Part shown: positions 51,646 to 62,137 of the stretch, in pieces
How positions within the stretch are numbered: the first letter of the stretch is position 1
Layout of the letters: the number at the start of each line of letters is the position of its first letter
Assembly: GCA_029838195.1 (NCBI GenBank)
Contig: JALGVJ010000005.1
Coordinates: 32,001 to 96,000, forward strand
Length of the DNA: 64,000 nt
Direction: 5' to 3'
From: Promethearchaeota archaeon
GTDB lineage: Archaea > Asgardarchaeota > Lokiarchaeia > Sigyniarchaeales > SOKP01
Notes under the pieces: model-generated
The model's input: the letters and a program-made list of their open reading frames with translations, nothing else
Database searches by the model: none
Told to the model about the DNA's origin: nothing
Program-made: the position numbers and the translations under genes

Positions 51646-52953
51646 GTGTCTTTCGTGAATAAAAAAAGAACACTCACGGAAATAAATCAAAAAATCAAAA
51701 AGGGAATTGCTAACATCCTTAGCGTCCAAGAACTTATCGATCGCTTGAAAGATGGTGAAAAAATTCAATTCGAAGATGTGGACGTGATCACGACGGCAAC
51801 AAAAGGCCTCATGAGCGGGGTTTCTGGAATTTTTTCCTTAAGATTAACACCTCCAAAGCGAGTAAGAAAATTTACTGATGTGCTAGTAAATGGAATTCCC
51901 GGATATCCTGGTCCTTGTCCCAATGAATTTCTCGGAATCATAGATTTTATCCTCTACGGTACCGCTCAAAGCGAAACCATCGAGAATTATTCTGGAGGAA
52001 AATTGTTTCGGGATTTAGTAGAAGGAAAGGAGGTTGAAATAAAAGCAAAAAGTGAGAACGGCGAAATCATTGAAAAAACCATGACATTAGATGATTTTCA
52101 ATTTGCTCGAATGATGGGAACACGCCAAGCAATAAAGAATTATTTCGCCATGGTAAATCCTTCTGAAACTCCAGTGGAAACCATTTTTTCCGTCCTTCCT
52201 TTTGAAGGAAATTGCTCTCAGTTAACTTTTTCTGGTTGTGGAGCAATGAATCCCTTTCAAAATGACCCCAATGCGGAGATTTTTGGAGTAGGAACAAAAA
52301 TTCTCGTTAACGGACAAATTGGATATATTATTGGCCCTGGAACGCGTAATGATCGATTGAAACCCAATCTGCAAACAATTTGCGATTTTAAGGGCATGTC
52401 ACCTGAATACATGGGAGCCTTAAAAACCTCATATGGATTAGAAAGCATCTGCGCCATCGCCATTCCAATTCCCATTTTAAATGAAAAAATATGGAATAAC
52501 ATTGTTAAATCGGACCATGACGTGCCTCTTGTTGTGTTAAATGTTGTAGGAAGAGAAAAATTAGGTGTTATCACCTATGGTGATGTTTGGGATGATAACT
52601 TTTTAATCATCCATAATCATAAGAAATGCAAGGATTGTACTGAGTGTCCTGTCGAAGTTCAGTGTCCAACAGGAGCTTTTAATCCTGAAAAAGGAATAGA
52701 CCGGAGTTTATGTTTCAATTGTGGGACATGTGTAACAATATGCCCTAAAAAAGCTTTCAATGTGGATTTAAAGAGAGTTAAAGTTAAACTTAATAATAAT
52801 GACCAACTTTTAGAAATTCCAGTCGTTCTTAGAGAATCTGACAGGCATGGTGCCATAAAATTAGCAGAAAAATTAAAAAAAATGATCCTTAATGAAGAAT
52901 TCATCATTAAAGAACCTACTGGAAAACTGGAATTTTATCCGAGAGTGTTTTGA
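51646..52953 (+). CDS. Methanogenesis marker 16-like metalloprotein (DUF39/homocysteine-biosynthesis family + 4Fe-4S)
   Basis: VDVITTAT.G.MSG, GPCPNE.LG, FSGCG..NP.QND and C-terminal ferredoxin motifs. Confidence 0.8.
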   Translation: MSFVNKKRTLTEINQKIKKGIANILSVQELIDRLKDGEKIQFEDVDVITTATKGLMSGVSGIFSLRLTPPKRVRKFTDVLVNGIPGYPGPCPNEFLGIIDFILYGTAQSETIENYSGGKLFRDLVEGKEVEIKAKSENGEIIEKTMTLDDFQFARMMGTRQAIKNYFAMVNPSETPVETIFSVLPFEGNCSQLTFSGCGAMNPFQNDPNAEIFGVGTKILVNGQIGYIIGPGTRNDRLKPNLQTICDFKGMSPEYMGALKTSYGLESICAIAIPIPILNEKIWNNIVKSDHDVPLVVLNVVGREKLGVITYGDVWDDNFLIIHNHKKCKDCTECPVEVQCPTGAFNPEKGIDRSLCFNCGTCVTICPKKAFNVDLKRVKVKLNNNDQLLEIPVVLRESDRHGAIKLAEKLKKMILNEEFIIKEPTGKLEFYPRVF

Positions 52954-53014
52954 CTAAAAATTATTGCTATTACATTTTATATTTAAAAAATAATTTCAAA
53001 TACAAGTTCATAAG

Positions 53015-53449
53015 ATGAAAATAACCAAATTTGATCAAATTGGAATAATAGTAAAAGATATTGAAAAAGCAGCAAAAATTTATGAAGATATCTTCGATTT
53101 TTCCTCTCCACTCAATATAGTAACGCAAAAATCACGAGTCATCTATAAGGGAAAGGAAATTGAATTCACCATGAAAAAAATTATGCAAAATTTCAGTGGA
53201 AAGCAATTCGAAATCATTGAATTAGTAGATTCCACAGGAGAACATTTATATTCTGATTTTATCAAAGAAGGCAATGAAGGACTCCATCATTTGGGAATTT
53301 ACATGAAAGGAGCGGAAGATTTTATTAATCAAGTTAAAAAAAAGGAGAAACTCGAAGTAATCCAACAAGGAAGCGCGGGCAAGGTTAATTTTTATTTTTT
53401 AGACACGAGAAAAATTTTGGGATATTATATTGAAATCATTTCTTTCTAA
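53015..53449 (+). CDS. VOC/glyoxalase-family protein
   Basis: QIGIIVKDIE, FEII, GLHHLG and IEI motifs. Confidence 0.85.
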   Translation: MKITKFDQIGIIVKDIEKAAKIYEDIFDFSSPLNIVTQKSRVIYKGKEIEFTMKKIMQNFSGKQFEIIELVDSTGEHLYSDFIKEGNEGLHHLGIYMKGAEDFINQVKKKEKLEVIQQGSAGKVNFYFLDTRKILGYYIEIISF

Positions 53450-53517
53450 AATGTGTGCGTGTCTGGGAAATTTTGAAAGATGAAAAAATTTTTTAGTCAT
53501 ATTTAATCCTAAGAAAT

Positions 53518-55257
53518 ATGGCTAAAATGGAAAAATTTGGTGGAGATTTATTAGTTGAACAGCTTCTAAAAGATGGAGTTCAAAAGATCTTCGGTATTGT
53601 GGGAGGAGAACTCTTACGCATTTATGACGCCATAGAACGGTGGGGTAGAGAAGAAGGAATTGATACGGTAATGGCCCGTCACGAGCAAGCTGCAGGTCAC
53701 ATGGCGGATGGATGGTCGAGGGCAACGGGAGAACTTGGGGTTTGCATGGGCACGGTAGGGCCAGGTGTCACGCATTTGGTACCTGCAGTCGCCGCAGCGA
53801 ATGCGGATTCCATCCCTCTATTAGTCATTGGTGCTCAAGTAGGTAGAATGTTTGAAGACACGGGAATATTGCAAGGGGGTTTAGATCAAATTGCACTCAT
53901 GAAACCCATAACAAAAGAAACCATTTCCGTGGAAGATCCTTATGAAATTCCTCATGCAGTGCAAAGAGCCATAAAGGTGGCAATGTCGGGAAGGAGAGGT
54001 CCCGTATTTTTAGAGCTCAGAGAAACTGCGTTAGTAAGAAAAGCTACTGAAGAAGATTTTAATAATATAAGGGAACCTTATCAATATAGACCTCTTCATA
54101 GACCAAGTGCGAATCCCGAGACTATAGAGAAAGCCGTGGAGTTGTTAAAAAATGCCTCTAAACCCATCATCATAGCAGGAGGGGGAGTAATTGCAGCAGA
54201 AGCTCATAAAGAATTACAGAAACTTTCTGTGACATATTCAATTCCGGCGGGAACCTCCATTAATGGAATTGGCTCTATCGGTTCGAATAAAAAGACTTTT
54301 TTAGGCTCTTATTTAGTGGATAATGTTTATAGGACTGCTGTTGGCGAAGCTGATATGGTATTATCTATTGGATGTAAATGGGATTATACCCTTCTTTACG
54401 GAGCACCGCCCATATGGAATCAAGAACAAAAGATCATACAAGTAGATATTGATCCGAAAGAAATTGGGAAAAATAGACCGATAGAACTTGGCATAATTGG
54501 TGATGCGAAAGCTGTACTGAACCAACTTTTACTTGCCATGGAACAGAAACTTCCCAAGGAAAAAGTTTCCGAATGGGCAAAATGGAATGAATACTTGCAA
54601 GAATTAAGGAAAAATGATGCTAAAATTATTGAAAAATTACTGAAACATAATAAATTACCCATGAAACCCGAACGACTTGCTTATGAAGTATTATCGAACA
54701 TTCCTGATGATACATTACTGGCATTAGACGGTGGAGATATTTTTGTTTTCACAATGAGCTTCATTAACATTAAACCAAGGCCTCCGAGAAGCACATTTTA
54801 TCCTGTTTCTATGGGTCATTTAGGAACGGGTATTCCTCATGCAATTGGGGCAAAAATAGCAAAACCAGACAAGCCCGTGGTATGCATAACGGGAGATGGA
54901 AGTTTCATGTTCAATGTGCAGGAATTAGAAACCGCAGTTAGGTTGAAACTACCCATCATCGTCGTGATAGGCAATAACAGCGCCTGGGGAATGATAAAAT
55001 CAAATCAAAAATTAAATTTTGGTAAACGGTATAAGGATACGGAATTTCCAGACTTAGATTATGCAGAAATAGCACGTGGGTTTGGATGTAATGGAGAGCG
55101 AATTGAAAAACCCGAAGATATAAAGCCCGCATTAGAACGAGCGCTTAAATTGGATATACCAACGGTATTAGATGTTAAAATTGCCTTTGAAACGCCGCCT
55201 GCCATGAAAATGATTGGTTTATATAAAAAGAGCAAGGGTTTATTGGGAAGAGAGTGA
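53518..55257 (+). CDS. TPP-dependent enzyme of the acetolactate synthase-like family
   Basis: RHEQAAGHMADG and GDGSF...NNSAWG motifs. Confidence 0.9.
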   Translation: MAKMEKFGGDLLVEQLLKDGVQKIFGIVGGELLRIYDAIERWGREEGIDTVMARHEQAAGHMADGWSRATGELGVCMGTVGPGVTHLVPAVAAANADSIPLLVIGAQVGRMFEDTGILQGGLDQIALMKPITKETISVEDPYEIPHAVQRAIKVAMSGRRGPVFLELRETALVRKATEEDFNNIREPYQYRPLHRPSANPETIEKAVELLKNASKPIIIAGGGVIAAEAHKELQKLSVTYSIPAGTSINGIGSIGSNKKTFLGSYLVDNVYRTAVGEADMVLSIGCKWDYTLLYGAPPIWNQEQKIIQVDIDPKEIGKNRPIELGIIGDAKAVLNQLLLAMEQKLPKEKVSEWAKWNEYLQELRKNDAKIIEKLLKHNKLPMKPERLAYEVLSNIPDDTLLALDGGDIFVFTMSFINIKPRPPRSTFYPVSMGHLGTGIPHAIGAKIAKPDKPVVCITGDGSFMFNVQELETAVRLKLPIIVVIGNNSAWGMIKSNQKLNFGKRYKDTEFPDLDYAEIARGFGCNGERIEKPEDIKPALERALKLDIPTVLDVKIAFETPPAMKMIGLYKKSKGLLGRE

Positions 55258-55355
55258 ATTCTTTTAATTTTTTAATTTTGAGTTTTTTTAGATTTTATTT
55301 TACATTTTATATTATTAACTCGAGAAGTGATTAAAAAAGAGATGGAATCAAAAAA

Positions 55356-56156
55356 ATGGAGAGAGATTTTTTAAAAGAAAAGGTTGCATTAGTCACGGGA
55401 GCCGGAAGTGGCTTTGGAAGGAAAATGTCAGAACGATTTGCCAGTCTGGGTGCAGATTTGGTATTGAATGATATTAATATGGAAGGTTTAGAGGAGACAC
55501 GGGATATCATATTAGAAAACTATCAGAGGGAAATCTTATTAGCACGCGCAGATATTTCAGATTCAGAGCAAGTCAAAAAAATGGCAGACGAGGTATTTAA
55601 TAAATTTGACAACGTTTTTCTCTTGGTGAATAATGCGGGTATAGATGGTGGGTTATATACATCTTTAAAAGCCAAGGAAGAGATTTATGATAAAGTCATG
55701 AGTGTAAATATTAAAGGAGCTTGGAATGTTACAAAAGCTTTTTTTAGGAGAATGAAGAGGCAAAAGCAATTTAAGCCCATTGTAGGGAAAATAATAAATA
55801 TAGCATCGTGTGCTGGAACGGACAATGGTTTAAATCCCTTTATTGGCATATATAGTGCGAGTAAAGCGGCATTAATAGCATTTACTAAACTCTGGGCATT
55901 AGAATTAGGCTCCAGTAATATTACCGTGAACGCCATCTCACCAGGCGTTTTTTTAACGCCGATTTATAACAATGATCCGAAATTAATAAGACAATTTTTA
56001 GATTCTAGGGGCGTGAAATTACCCTTGAATAGAATTGGAGAGGCAGAGTGGGTTGCTGACGTAGCAGAGTTTTTAGCGTCCCCCGCCGCTGATTATATTA
56101 CAGGACAAAACATGATTCTCGATGGAGGCATGACGATTTCAATAAACAAATTATGA
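55356..56156 (+). CDS. SDR-family oxidoreductase
   Basis: TGAGSGFG, NNAG and YSASK motifs. Confidence 0.92.
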   Translation: MERDFLKEKVALVTGAGSGFGRKMSERFASLGADLVLNDINMEGLEETRDIILENYQREILLARADISDSEQVKKMADEVFNKFDNVFLLVNNAGIDGGLYTSLKAKEEIYDKVMSVNIKGAWNVTKAFFRRMKRQKQFKPIVGKIINIASCAGTDNGLNPFIGIYSASKAALIAFTKLWALELGSSNITVNAISPGVFLTPIYNNDPKLIRQFLDSRGVKLPLNRIGEAEWVADVAEFLASPAADYITGQNMILDGGMTISINKL

Positions 56157-56185
56157 AAAGAACGTCATTTTTCAAAAATAAAAAT

Positions 56186-56770
56186 TTATTTTCCTCGCCC
56201 TTTATTCGCTCGAATACTTGGTCTTGTTTTCTCAGAACCCCATCCTTTTTTGCGCAACCCCCGTGCTTTCTTTCCCGCGGAGGTTAATCCCCTGTGCACT
56301 CTTTTTCTATTAGCAGGGTGTAAAATCCAGTTAATTTTTGGGTCTGATTTAATGACGGGATGGTGTTTATCCACTAAAATTACTTCATAATAATGGTGTT
56401 TTCCATCCGCATGAACTTTATAACTGTTTAACACTTCCATATTAGGATATTTTCTTTGAACTCGTTCTTCTGCAACCCATTGCAAGTTCTTGCCAGGTGT
56501 ATATTTATTGACACCCATTGCACGAGGTTTTCTTCCCCTTTTAGGGCGTACTTTATGCATGCCCCCTTTTCTAATTCTTGCACGAACGATGATGTATCCT
56601 TGTTTAGCTTTATATCCTAAAGAGCGGGCTCTATAGATCTTAGTGGGCCTTTCAACACGTTGAATGGATTTACCCTTTCGATATTCGATACCTCTATGCC
56701 AATTCGGGGTATCATATCCTTTCTCGTGTCGTTCAAAAGTTTCTTTAACGTATTGATATCCTGATTTCAC
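56186..56770 (-). CDS. rpl15e: 50S ribosomal protein eL15
   Basis: ARSLGYKAKQG, EVLNSY and RGLTSAG motifs. Confidence 0.96.
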   Translation of the reverse strand: MKSGYQYVKETFERHEKGYDTPNWHRGIEYRKGKSIQRVERPTKIYRARSLGYKAKQGYIIVRARIRKGGMHKVRPKRGRKPRAMGVNKYTPGKNLQWVAEERVQRKYPNMEVLNSYKVHADGKHHYYEVILVDKHHPVIKSDPKINWILHPANRKRVHRGLTSAGKKARGLRKKGWGSEKTRPSIRANKGRGK

Positions 56771-56869
56771 TTAGATCAATTTTATTTTTTTATTTTAGGA
56801 AAATAAATTTCGCATGATTTTAGAAATTTATTATTTGCATGAATTGAAACTTCGATATATTTTGAATTT

Positions 56870-57805
56870 TTAAGAGTTATTGAAAAAATCTATAATTTTT
56901 TGAACTACTTGCATGCTTGCATTTTTTTGGGTTTCATAAGTCTGAGAGCCTATGTGAGGTGTGAGAATTAAGTTTTCCTCTAATTTACAGAAATCCAAGT
57001 TTTTAAAGGGTTCTTCACGGTAAACATCTAAAGCAGCACCTGCGATGGTTTTATTTTTTAAAGCATTTAACAAGGCTTCCTCATCAACGAGATTTCCTCG
57101 TGCGGTATTGATAAGCAAGGCGTTTTTGTCCATTAATTTTAATCTCCTTTCATCAATAATATTTTCTGTTTTTACCGTAGCCGGTACGTGGAGAGAAATG
57201 ATTTGAGAATTCTTAATTAAATCATCAACCGACGGATATATAGTAAAACCTTGCTCTAATGCTATTTTAACAGCTTTAGGATCGGTATCATAAATGCCGA
57301 TATCCATTTCAAAGGCAGCCGCTCTTTTTCCAACAGCTTGTCCGATATTTCCAAAACCGATTAGGCCCAATCGTTTTCCTTTTAATTCAAATCCCGTGTA
57401 ATCATTTTTGCACCATTCTCCGCAATGCATTCTTTTATCGATTATGGAAATTTTTCGAACTAGGGATATAATCAATCCAATTGTAAGTTCGGCTACAGAA
57501 ACCGAAGGAGCTTCAGGAGTATTAACAACCTTTATTTTTAATTGTTCCGCAGTATCTAAATCAACATTATCTAACCCGACCCCTGCTCGTCCAATGATTT
57601 TAAGGTTTTTTGCTTTTAATAATATATCACGGTAGAGTTTAGTGCGGGATCGAATTATAATAGCGTGGTATTTTTCAATTTCTTTTTCTAACTGGGGCAT
57701 GCTGATGGAAAAGTCGGTTTTCACCGCAAATCCATTATTTTTTAGGACATTAATTGACTCTTCGTGAATTCTATCTGAGATTAGAATATTCATTATATGT
57801 TTCAC
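56870..57805 (-). CDS. serA: D-2-hydroxyacid / 3-phosphoglycerate dehydrogenase
   Basis: RAGVGLDNVD, GFGNIG, NTARG and TPHIG motifs. Confidence 0.8.
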   Translation of the reverse strand: MKHIMNILISDRIHEESINVLKNNGFAVKTDFSISMPQLEKEIEKYHAIIIRSRTKLYRDILLKAKNLKIIGRAGVGLDNVDLDTAEQLKIKVVNTPEAPSVSVAELTIGLIISLVRKISIIDKRMHCGEWCKNDYTGFELKGKRLGLIGFGNIGQAVGKRAAAFEMDIGIYDTDPKAVKIALEQGFTIYPSVDDLIKNSQIISLHVPATVKTENIIDERRLKLMDKNALLINTARGNLVDEEALLNALKNKTIAGAALDVYREEPFKNLDFCKLEENLILTPHIGSQTYETQKNASMQVVQKIIDFFNNS

Positions 57806-57918
57806 GAATCTTGATAAAACTTATTTGTTAATTGAAATATATTATTATCGAGAATGAAAGAAGGAAGTAAAACTTTTACCTAAAATTTCTCATGTGAGGA
57901 TAAGGAAAAAGAAAAATC

Positions 57919-58437
57919 ATGGATGATAAAGATAAGAAAGAGAAAAAAGCATTTAAACCGCCTCTCATCGATGATGAAAAAGGACTTACCATAAGCTATG
58001 ATAAGGAAGAGCTAAAAAAATACTTGCCCCATTTAATGAGAGAATTAAATTCGGAAGAAGAAGGACAAACCATGAATCTTCATGAAATCAGCGATGTTTT
58101 AACAAGAGAACGGTCAAATGAGCAACTTTTGGACAAGGAAGAGAGAAGTGAACTAATCAATCCAGGAGCACTTGATTTTATTAGACGCTGTTCTAAAAAA
58201 GAAGAAGCCGTGGAAATATTGGATTTTTTATTAAAAAGAAAAGAAATTGAGAATGAAGAATATAATGATATAATGAATAAATTAAATCAAGAAGATGGAT
58301 TAAGAAAACTCATTGAAGAATGTGGTGGATTTAAAAGACCGGGTTATTATGAAAAGAAATTTTATTTAAGAAGATTTTATTTGGGTAAAAATGTAAAAAA
58401 AATTAATGATCATCAAGAAAAGGGAGAAAAAAAATGA
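57919..58437 (+). CDS. DUF2095-family protein
   Basis: PHLMREL, P..LDFIRRC..KEEAVEI and K.PGYY motifs. Confidence 0.75.
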   Translation: MDDKDKKEKKAFKPPLIDDEKGLTISYDKEELKKYLPHLMRELNSEEEGQTMNLHEISDVLTRERSNEQLLDKEERSELINPGALDFIRRCSKKEEAVEILDFLLKRKEIENEEYNDIMNKLNQEDGLRKLIEECGGFKRPGYYEKKFYLRRFYLGKNVKKINDHQEKGEKK

Positions 58438-58573
58438 TGAACTCAATGACAAGAAGAACTACTGCTCGTGGTCATGATTGAGTCATGCCCCAAAACTGAT
58501 TTTTTCTCCTTTCAAAACATTTTAAGGGATGTTTAAAAAAGAAAGGTAAAAAAACTAAATTTTCCTTCACGAT

Positions 58574-58831
58574 CTAACGAGAAGCCATTAATTTCACATA
58601 TAACTTCTTTCCTTTTTCTGTCAAGCTATATTCATCATTTTCTTTTTTAATGAGATTAAGCTCAAGGAGGACGGGCAATCTCCCGTGAATACAATTATAA
58701 GAAACTCCACTAAATAATTTTATAGTTTCTAAGTGTTTTGCACCCCTTTTTATCGACGTCAATATTTCTAAACCAATATTTCCAAGGAGATATTTCATGT
58801 ATTCCAATGATTCATGGTCCTCATTTGTCAT
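58574..58831 (-). CDS. Small winged-helix protein
   Basis: L.ELNLI...YSLTEKG wing motif. Confidence 0.75.
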   Translation of the reverse strand: MTNEDHESLEYMKYLLGNIGLEILTSIKRGAKHLETIKLFSGVSYNCIHGRLPVLLELNLIKKENDEYSLTEKGKKLYVKLMASR

Positions 58832-58916
58832 GATATTGAGAGCGTGGAAATTTTTTTAGAATCAACTTGTTTGGGAAAAATTCAGTATTTTAGTTTTCTG
58901 TTGGATAAAAAAGGTA

Positions 58917-60173
58917 TTATTTATTAATATTTTTTTTTTTAAAATTTTCTTCAGATCCTCTTTTATTAAAAACTTTAGAGATTTGATCTTCCCCTTTAAT
59001 ATTTCTATCATTGAAGGAAGGGAGACTTTCTTTCATTGGTGTATATTTATTCGCTATAACGGGTTTTGTCTCTTTAGGTAAAAGCTTTCTTAAATATTGT
59101 GGAAAGGTCGTGGATACTTGAATATTCGTCTTCAAAAATAAATATTTTTCTCCTTTATACTCCAATTCATCAATAATATCATGTTTTCTTAAAAAATCTA
59201 AGATTTCATTCAATGCAGTTAATGTTTTTTCCGATACAAGTGTTGGTAATTTACTGACGGGAATCAGTCGATCTCGTAATTCAAATAATACGTTATATTT
59301 TTTTGGATCTGCTAGTACCTGAAAAAGAATGAAGGAATCTTCCAACAGCTCCTCCTTGGTTTTTAATATATAATTACTAAAATATTCTTTTATCTCTGGT
59401 AAGATTAAAGCAATCAATTCAGGATTCTCATCAATATATTCAATAACACTGAAAGGAGGGATCCTCTCCGCATTGACTTCTTTTAGCAATAAAACATATT
59501 TTTCTACCCGGCCAATCTCATTAATGAAAATAAATTGATTATCAATTAAAGTATCAATGAGCTCCTTAAAGTCTTTATCGGAAAATTTCTCTTGGAACCA
59601 ATCTTCTAAATCTTCCAGTGATATAGGTCCTTGAGATAATTTTTTTAGAGTTAAAAAGATATATTTTTTATTGATTAATGATGCGATGATTTCTTCTTCG
59701 CTTTTTTCTCTAGTTTCTTCAACGATTGCCCGATATAAATCTCTGACGAGCTCTTTCATCAACTGGTGATTTTTTAGGATGAGTTCTCTATCCTCCTCAT
59801 CATAATATTCCAATTCATTAATATGAAAAGCGGTGAAAATCTGATCGTTAGCTTGAAATTTTTTAGAAAATTCATGACATAAATTTAATACTTTTGACTC
59901 AACTTCAAGGGTAGTTTTATAGTCAAATATTATCGATACCATGAGCATTTCTTTGTTTCCACGAGCCCAATCGGAATCAATCTCAAAATAATAATTCATG
60001 GAATGAAATTTCTCAAAAGAATGCGTAAAAAATCCCTCATCAATGACTTGATCCATGATATTTGCAATTCGAATAGAAAGTTGTTCATCTAAAAGGGATT
60101 CTGGGTAAGCATAAGCATTTATTGGACCAATCTTTTTATGAAAATAAGATAAGCAAACAATCGTCGTTTTCAA
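58917..60173 (-). CDS. Longin/uDENN-like N-terminal domain protein with helical/wHTH C-terminal domains
   Basis: LSYFHKKIGP and YYFEIDSDWARGNKEMLMVS resemble Asgard longin-like proteins. Confidence 0.6.
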   Translation of the reverse strand: MKTTIVCLSYFHKKIGPINAYAYPESLLDEQLSIRIANIMDQVIDEGFFTHSFEKFHSMNYYFEIDSDWARGNKEMLMVSIIFDYKTTLEVESKVLNLCHEFSKKFQANDQIFTAFHINELEYYDEEDRELILKNHQLMKELVRDLYRAIVEETREKSEEEIIASLINKKYIFLTLKKLSQGPISLEDLEDWFQEKFSDKDFKELIDTLIDNQFIFINEIGRVEKYVLLLKEVNAERIPPFSVIEYIDENPELIALILPEIKEYFSNYILKTKEELLEDSFILFQVLADPKKYNVLFELRDRLIPVSKLPTLVSEKTLTALNEILDFLRKHDIIDELEYKGEKYLFLKTNIQVSTTFPQYLRKLLPKETKPVIANKYTPMKESLPSFNDRNIKGEDQISKVFNKRGSEENFKKKNINK

Positions 60174-60344
60174 GCTAATTTCCCACGCATTCCCTCTAAA
60201 TTATAAATATTTGATATAAATGGTTGGATTAATTATAAAAATTATAAATTATTATTATATTTTTTAAAATTTTTGCGTTATGCTTATAAATAAAGATAAT
60301 ACTTAATATTTTTGGATAACGAATAACGTATATGATTTTATATA

Positions 60345-61088
60345 ATGGGCCAAAAAATTAAAGTTGTGGGTTTTGATTTAGACGATTGTTTATTTGATTC
60401 CACGGGTTTGAGTGCTCAAGCAAGGATAATGGGAATAAAAGCGATGATTGATTTAGGATTAAATGTCAACTTGAGTAAAGCTAAAATCATGATGGATGAG
60501 ATAGTTTCTGATTATGGTTCTAATTTTCCTAAGCATTATAATTATTTAATAAAGAGATTGAATAATTTTGAAGTAGGGGTAGATATTCCTCCGGGCGAAC
60601 AATATAAATATATTTCAGCAGCGGTTATTGCATATCATCAGGCAAAAATCGATAATATAAAGCTTTATGATGATGTAGAAGAATGCTTGAAGAAAATAAG
60701 GAAATTGAAAATAAAAACAGCGATAATTACGGATGGGATACCCATTAAACAATATGAGAAAATCCATAGATTAGGATTAACGAATTTAATTGATTTGGTT
60801 GTCATTTCAGATCAATTGGGAATAAGAAAACCAAATCCTAAATTATTTGATTATTGTTTAAAAAAATTTGGGGTAAAAGGTGAGGAAGTAATATACGTGG
60901 GAGATAGAATTGAGAAAGACATAATTCCCGCTCTTTTGAACAACATGATAAGCATATATATTCATAGAGGAGGAAAATGGGATACGCGCACGACAGGGAT
61001 GCGGATTCCAAATGAAATCCAACCTGATTACGAGATTTCAAATTTAAATGAATTAATTGCCATAATAGAAGAATTAAATGAGAAATAA
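60345..61088 (+). CDS. HAD-superfamily hydrolase (TIGR02253-like)
   Basis: FDLDDCL, ITDG..KQYEK, KP and GDR..KD motifs. Confidence 0.9.
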   Translation: MGQKIKVVGFDLDDCLFDSTGLSAQARIMGIKAMIDLGLNVNLSKAKIMMDEIVSDYGSNFPKHYNYLIKRLNNFEVGVDIPPGEQYKYISAAVIAYHQAKIDNIKLYDDVEECLKKIRKLKIKTAIITDGIPIKQYEKIHRLGLTNLIDLVVISDQLGIRKPNPKLFDYCLKKFGVKGEEVIYVGDRIEKDIIPALLNNMISIYIHRGGKWDTRTTGMRIPNEIQPDYEISNLNELIAIIEELNEK

Positions 61089-61906
61089 TGATTAATGTTG
61101 CGTGCATTCAACCGAAAATACATTCGGATAGAGATAAATGTTATTCTGAAATAGAATATTTATTGGAAAGACTGTTAAAAGAATTTAAAACTTGCGAAAT
61201 AGCGTGCTTGCCCGAACGTTGGGTTCCCTTTCAACCTGACCTTTCGGAGAATTTTCAAGAAGAACGAGGCCAAGATTATGAATTTATAAAAGAGTTGGCA
61301 CGAGAACACGAAATCTATATTCTAACGGGAGCAATTTGGGAAAAGCGTGCCTCCCATAAAAAGCCTTGGATCACGTGCTATTTTATAAACAATAAAGGCG
61401 TTGAAATTGGACGTCAAGATAAATTGCATTTATACACTTATGAAAGAAAATATTTCATGGCCGGCAATGTGTTGAACATTTTTAAATTAAAAAGTATTCG
61501 TTTTGCGATATTAATTTGTTTTGATATGGCTTTCTATGAAACTCCAAGAGCAGCGACAGAATATGGAGCAGATATTTTATTTTCACCGACTCAAATTCGG
61601 TCAGATGGCAATCAAAACTGGGAAATATATTTAAAAGCACGAGCATTAGAAAATAGAATTCCTGTTGTAGCTTGTAATAGTCTTGGCAAAGTTTTAGAGC
61701 ATGAATTTAAGGGAAATAGTAAAATAATATCTTTTCATGAGGGGTATATGACACCATCCAGACTTAAAGTCAAGGAAGCTCCATTCGGAAAACGCGGTTA
61801 TGTATATGACAGGGTTAATATTGAATTTCCAAGAAAAATGAGAACGGAGCGTTTAAATGAAAAAATTAATATGAATAATATTCAAATAAATAGAGTTTTC
61901 AAGTAG
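61088..61906 (+). CDS. Carbon-nitrogen hydrolase (nitrilase family)
   Basis: LPE, KLHL, ICFD and RALEN motifs. Confidence 0.9.
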   Translation: MINVACIQPKIHSDRDKCYSEIEYLLERLLKEFKTCEIACLPERWVPFQPDLSENFQEERGQDYEFIKELAREHEIYILTGAIWEKRASHKKPWITCYFINNKGVEIGRQDKLHLYTYERKYFMAGNVLNIFKLKSIRFAILICFDMAFYETPRAATEYGADILFSPTQIRSDGNQNWEIYLKARALENRIPVVACNSLGKVLEHEFKGNSKIISFHEGYMTPSRLKVKEAPFGKRGYVYDRVNIEFPRKMRTERLNEKINMNNIQINRVFK

Positions 61907-62137
61907 ATATCTTCTTTAGTATCCTTAATAAATGCATCCTTCTATATATTCTCTAAAAACTTCACGGTATCGTTTACAATTAAGTTTTAGTTTAAATTTT
62001 TAAATTTGAAATATCTTCGGATAATTAATTGCATTTTTCAAGTCTTATTTTCATGTTTTTAGCTTATCAGACATTCCTAATTAAAAAAGAGTTTTACTTT
62101 TAGTGACCTCACTCTCTGGGGGGTTTATATAGGTTAG

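Noticed and set aside
58435-58487. TGA TGA followed by an ATGAC...GTCAT / ACTCAAT...ATTGAGT hairpin, considered as a second Sec/SECIS case
   Set aside because: The ATGA pairs by Watson-Crick rules rather than forming a G.A quartet, and the frame closes again at once. It is more likely a 3'-end hairpin between convergent genes.
61907-62137. Possible replication origin upstream of the cdc6-like gene
   Set aside because: There is only one G-run and no repeated ORB (TTCCAGTGGAA-like) boxes, and the adjacent protein is degenerate.
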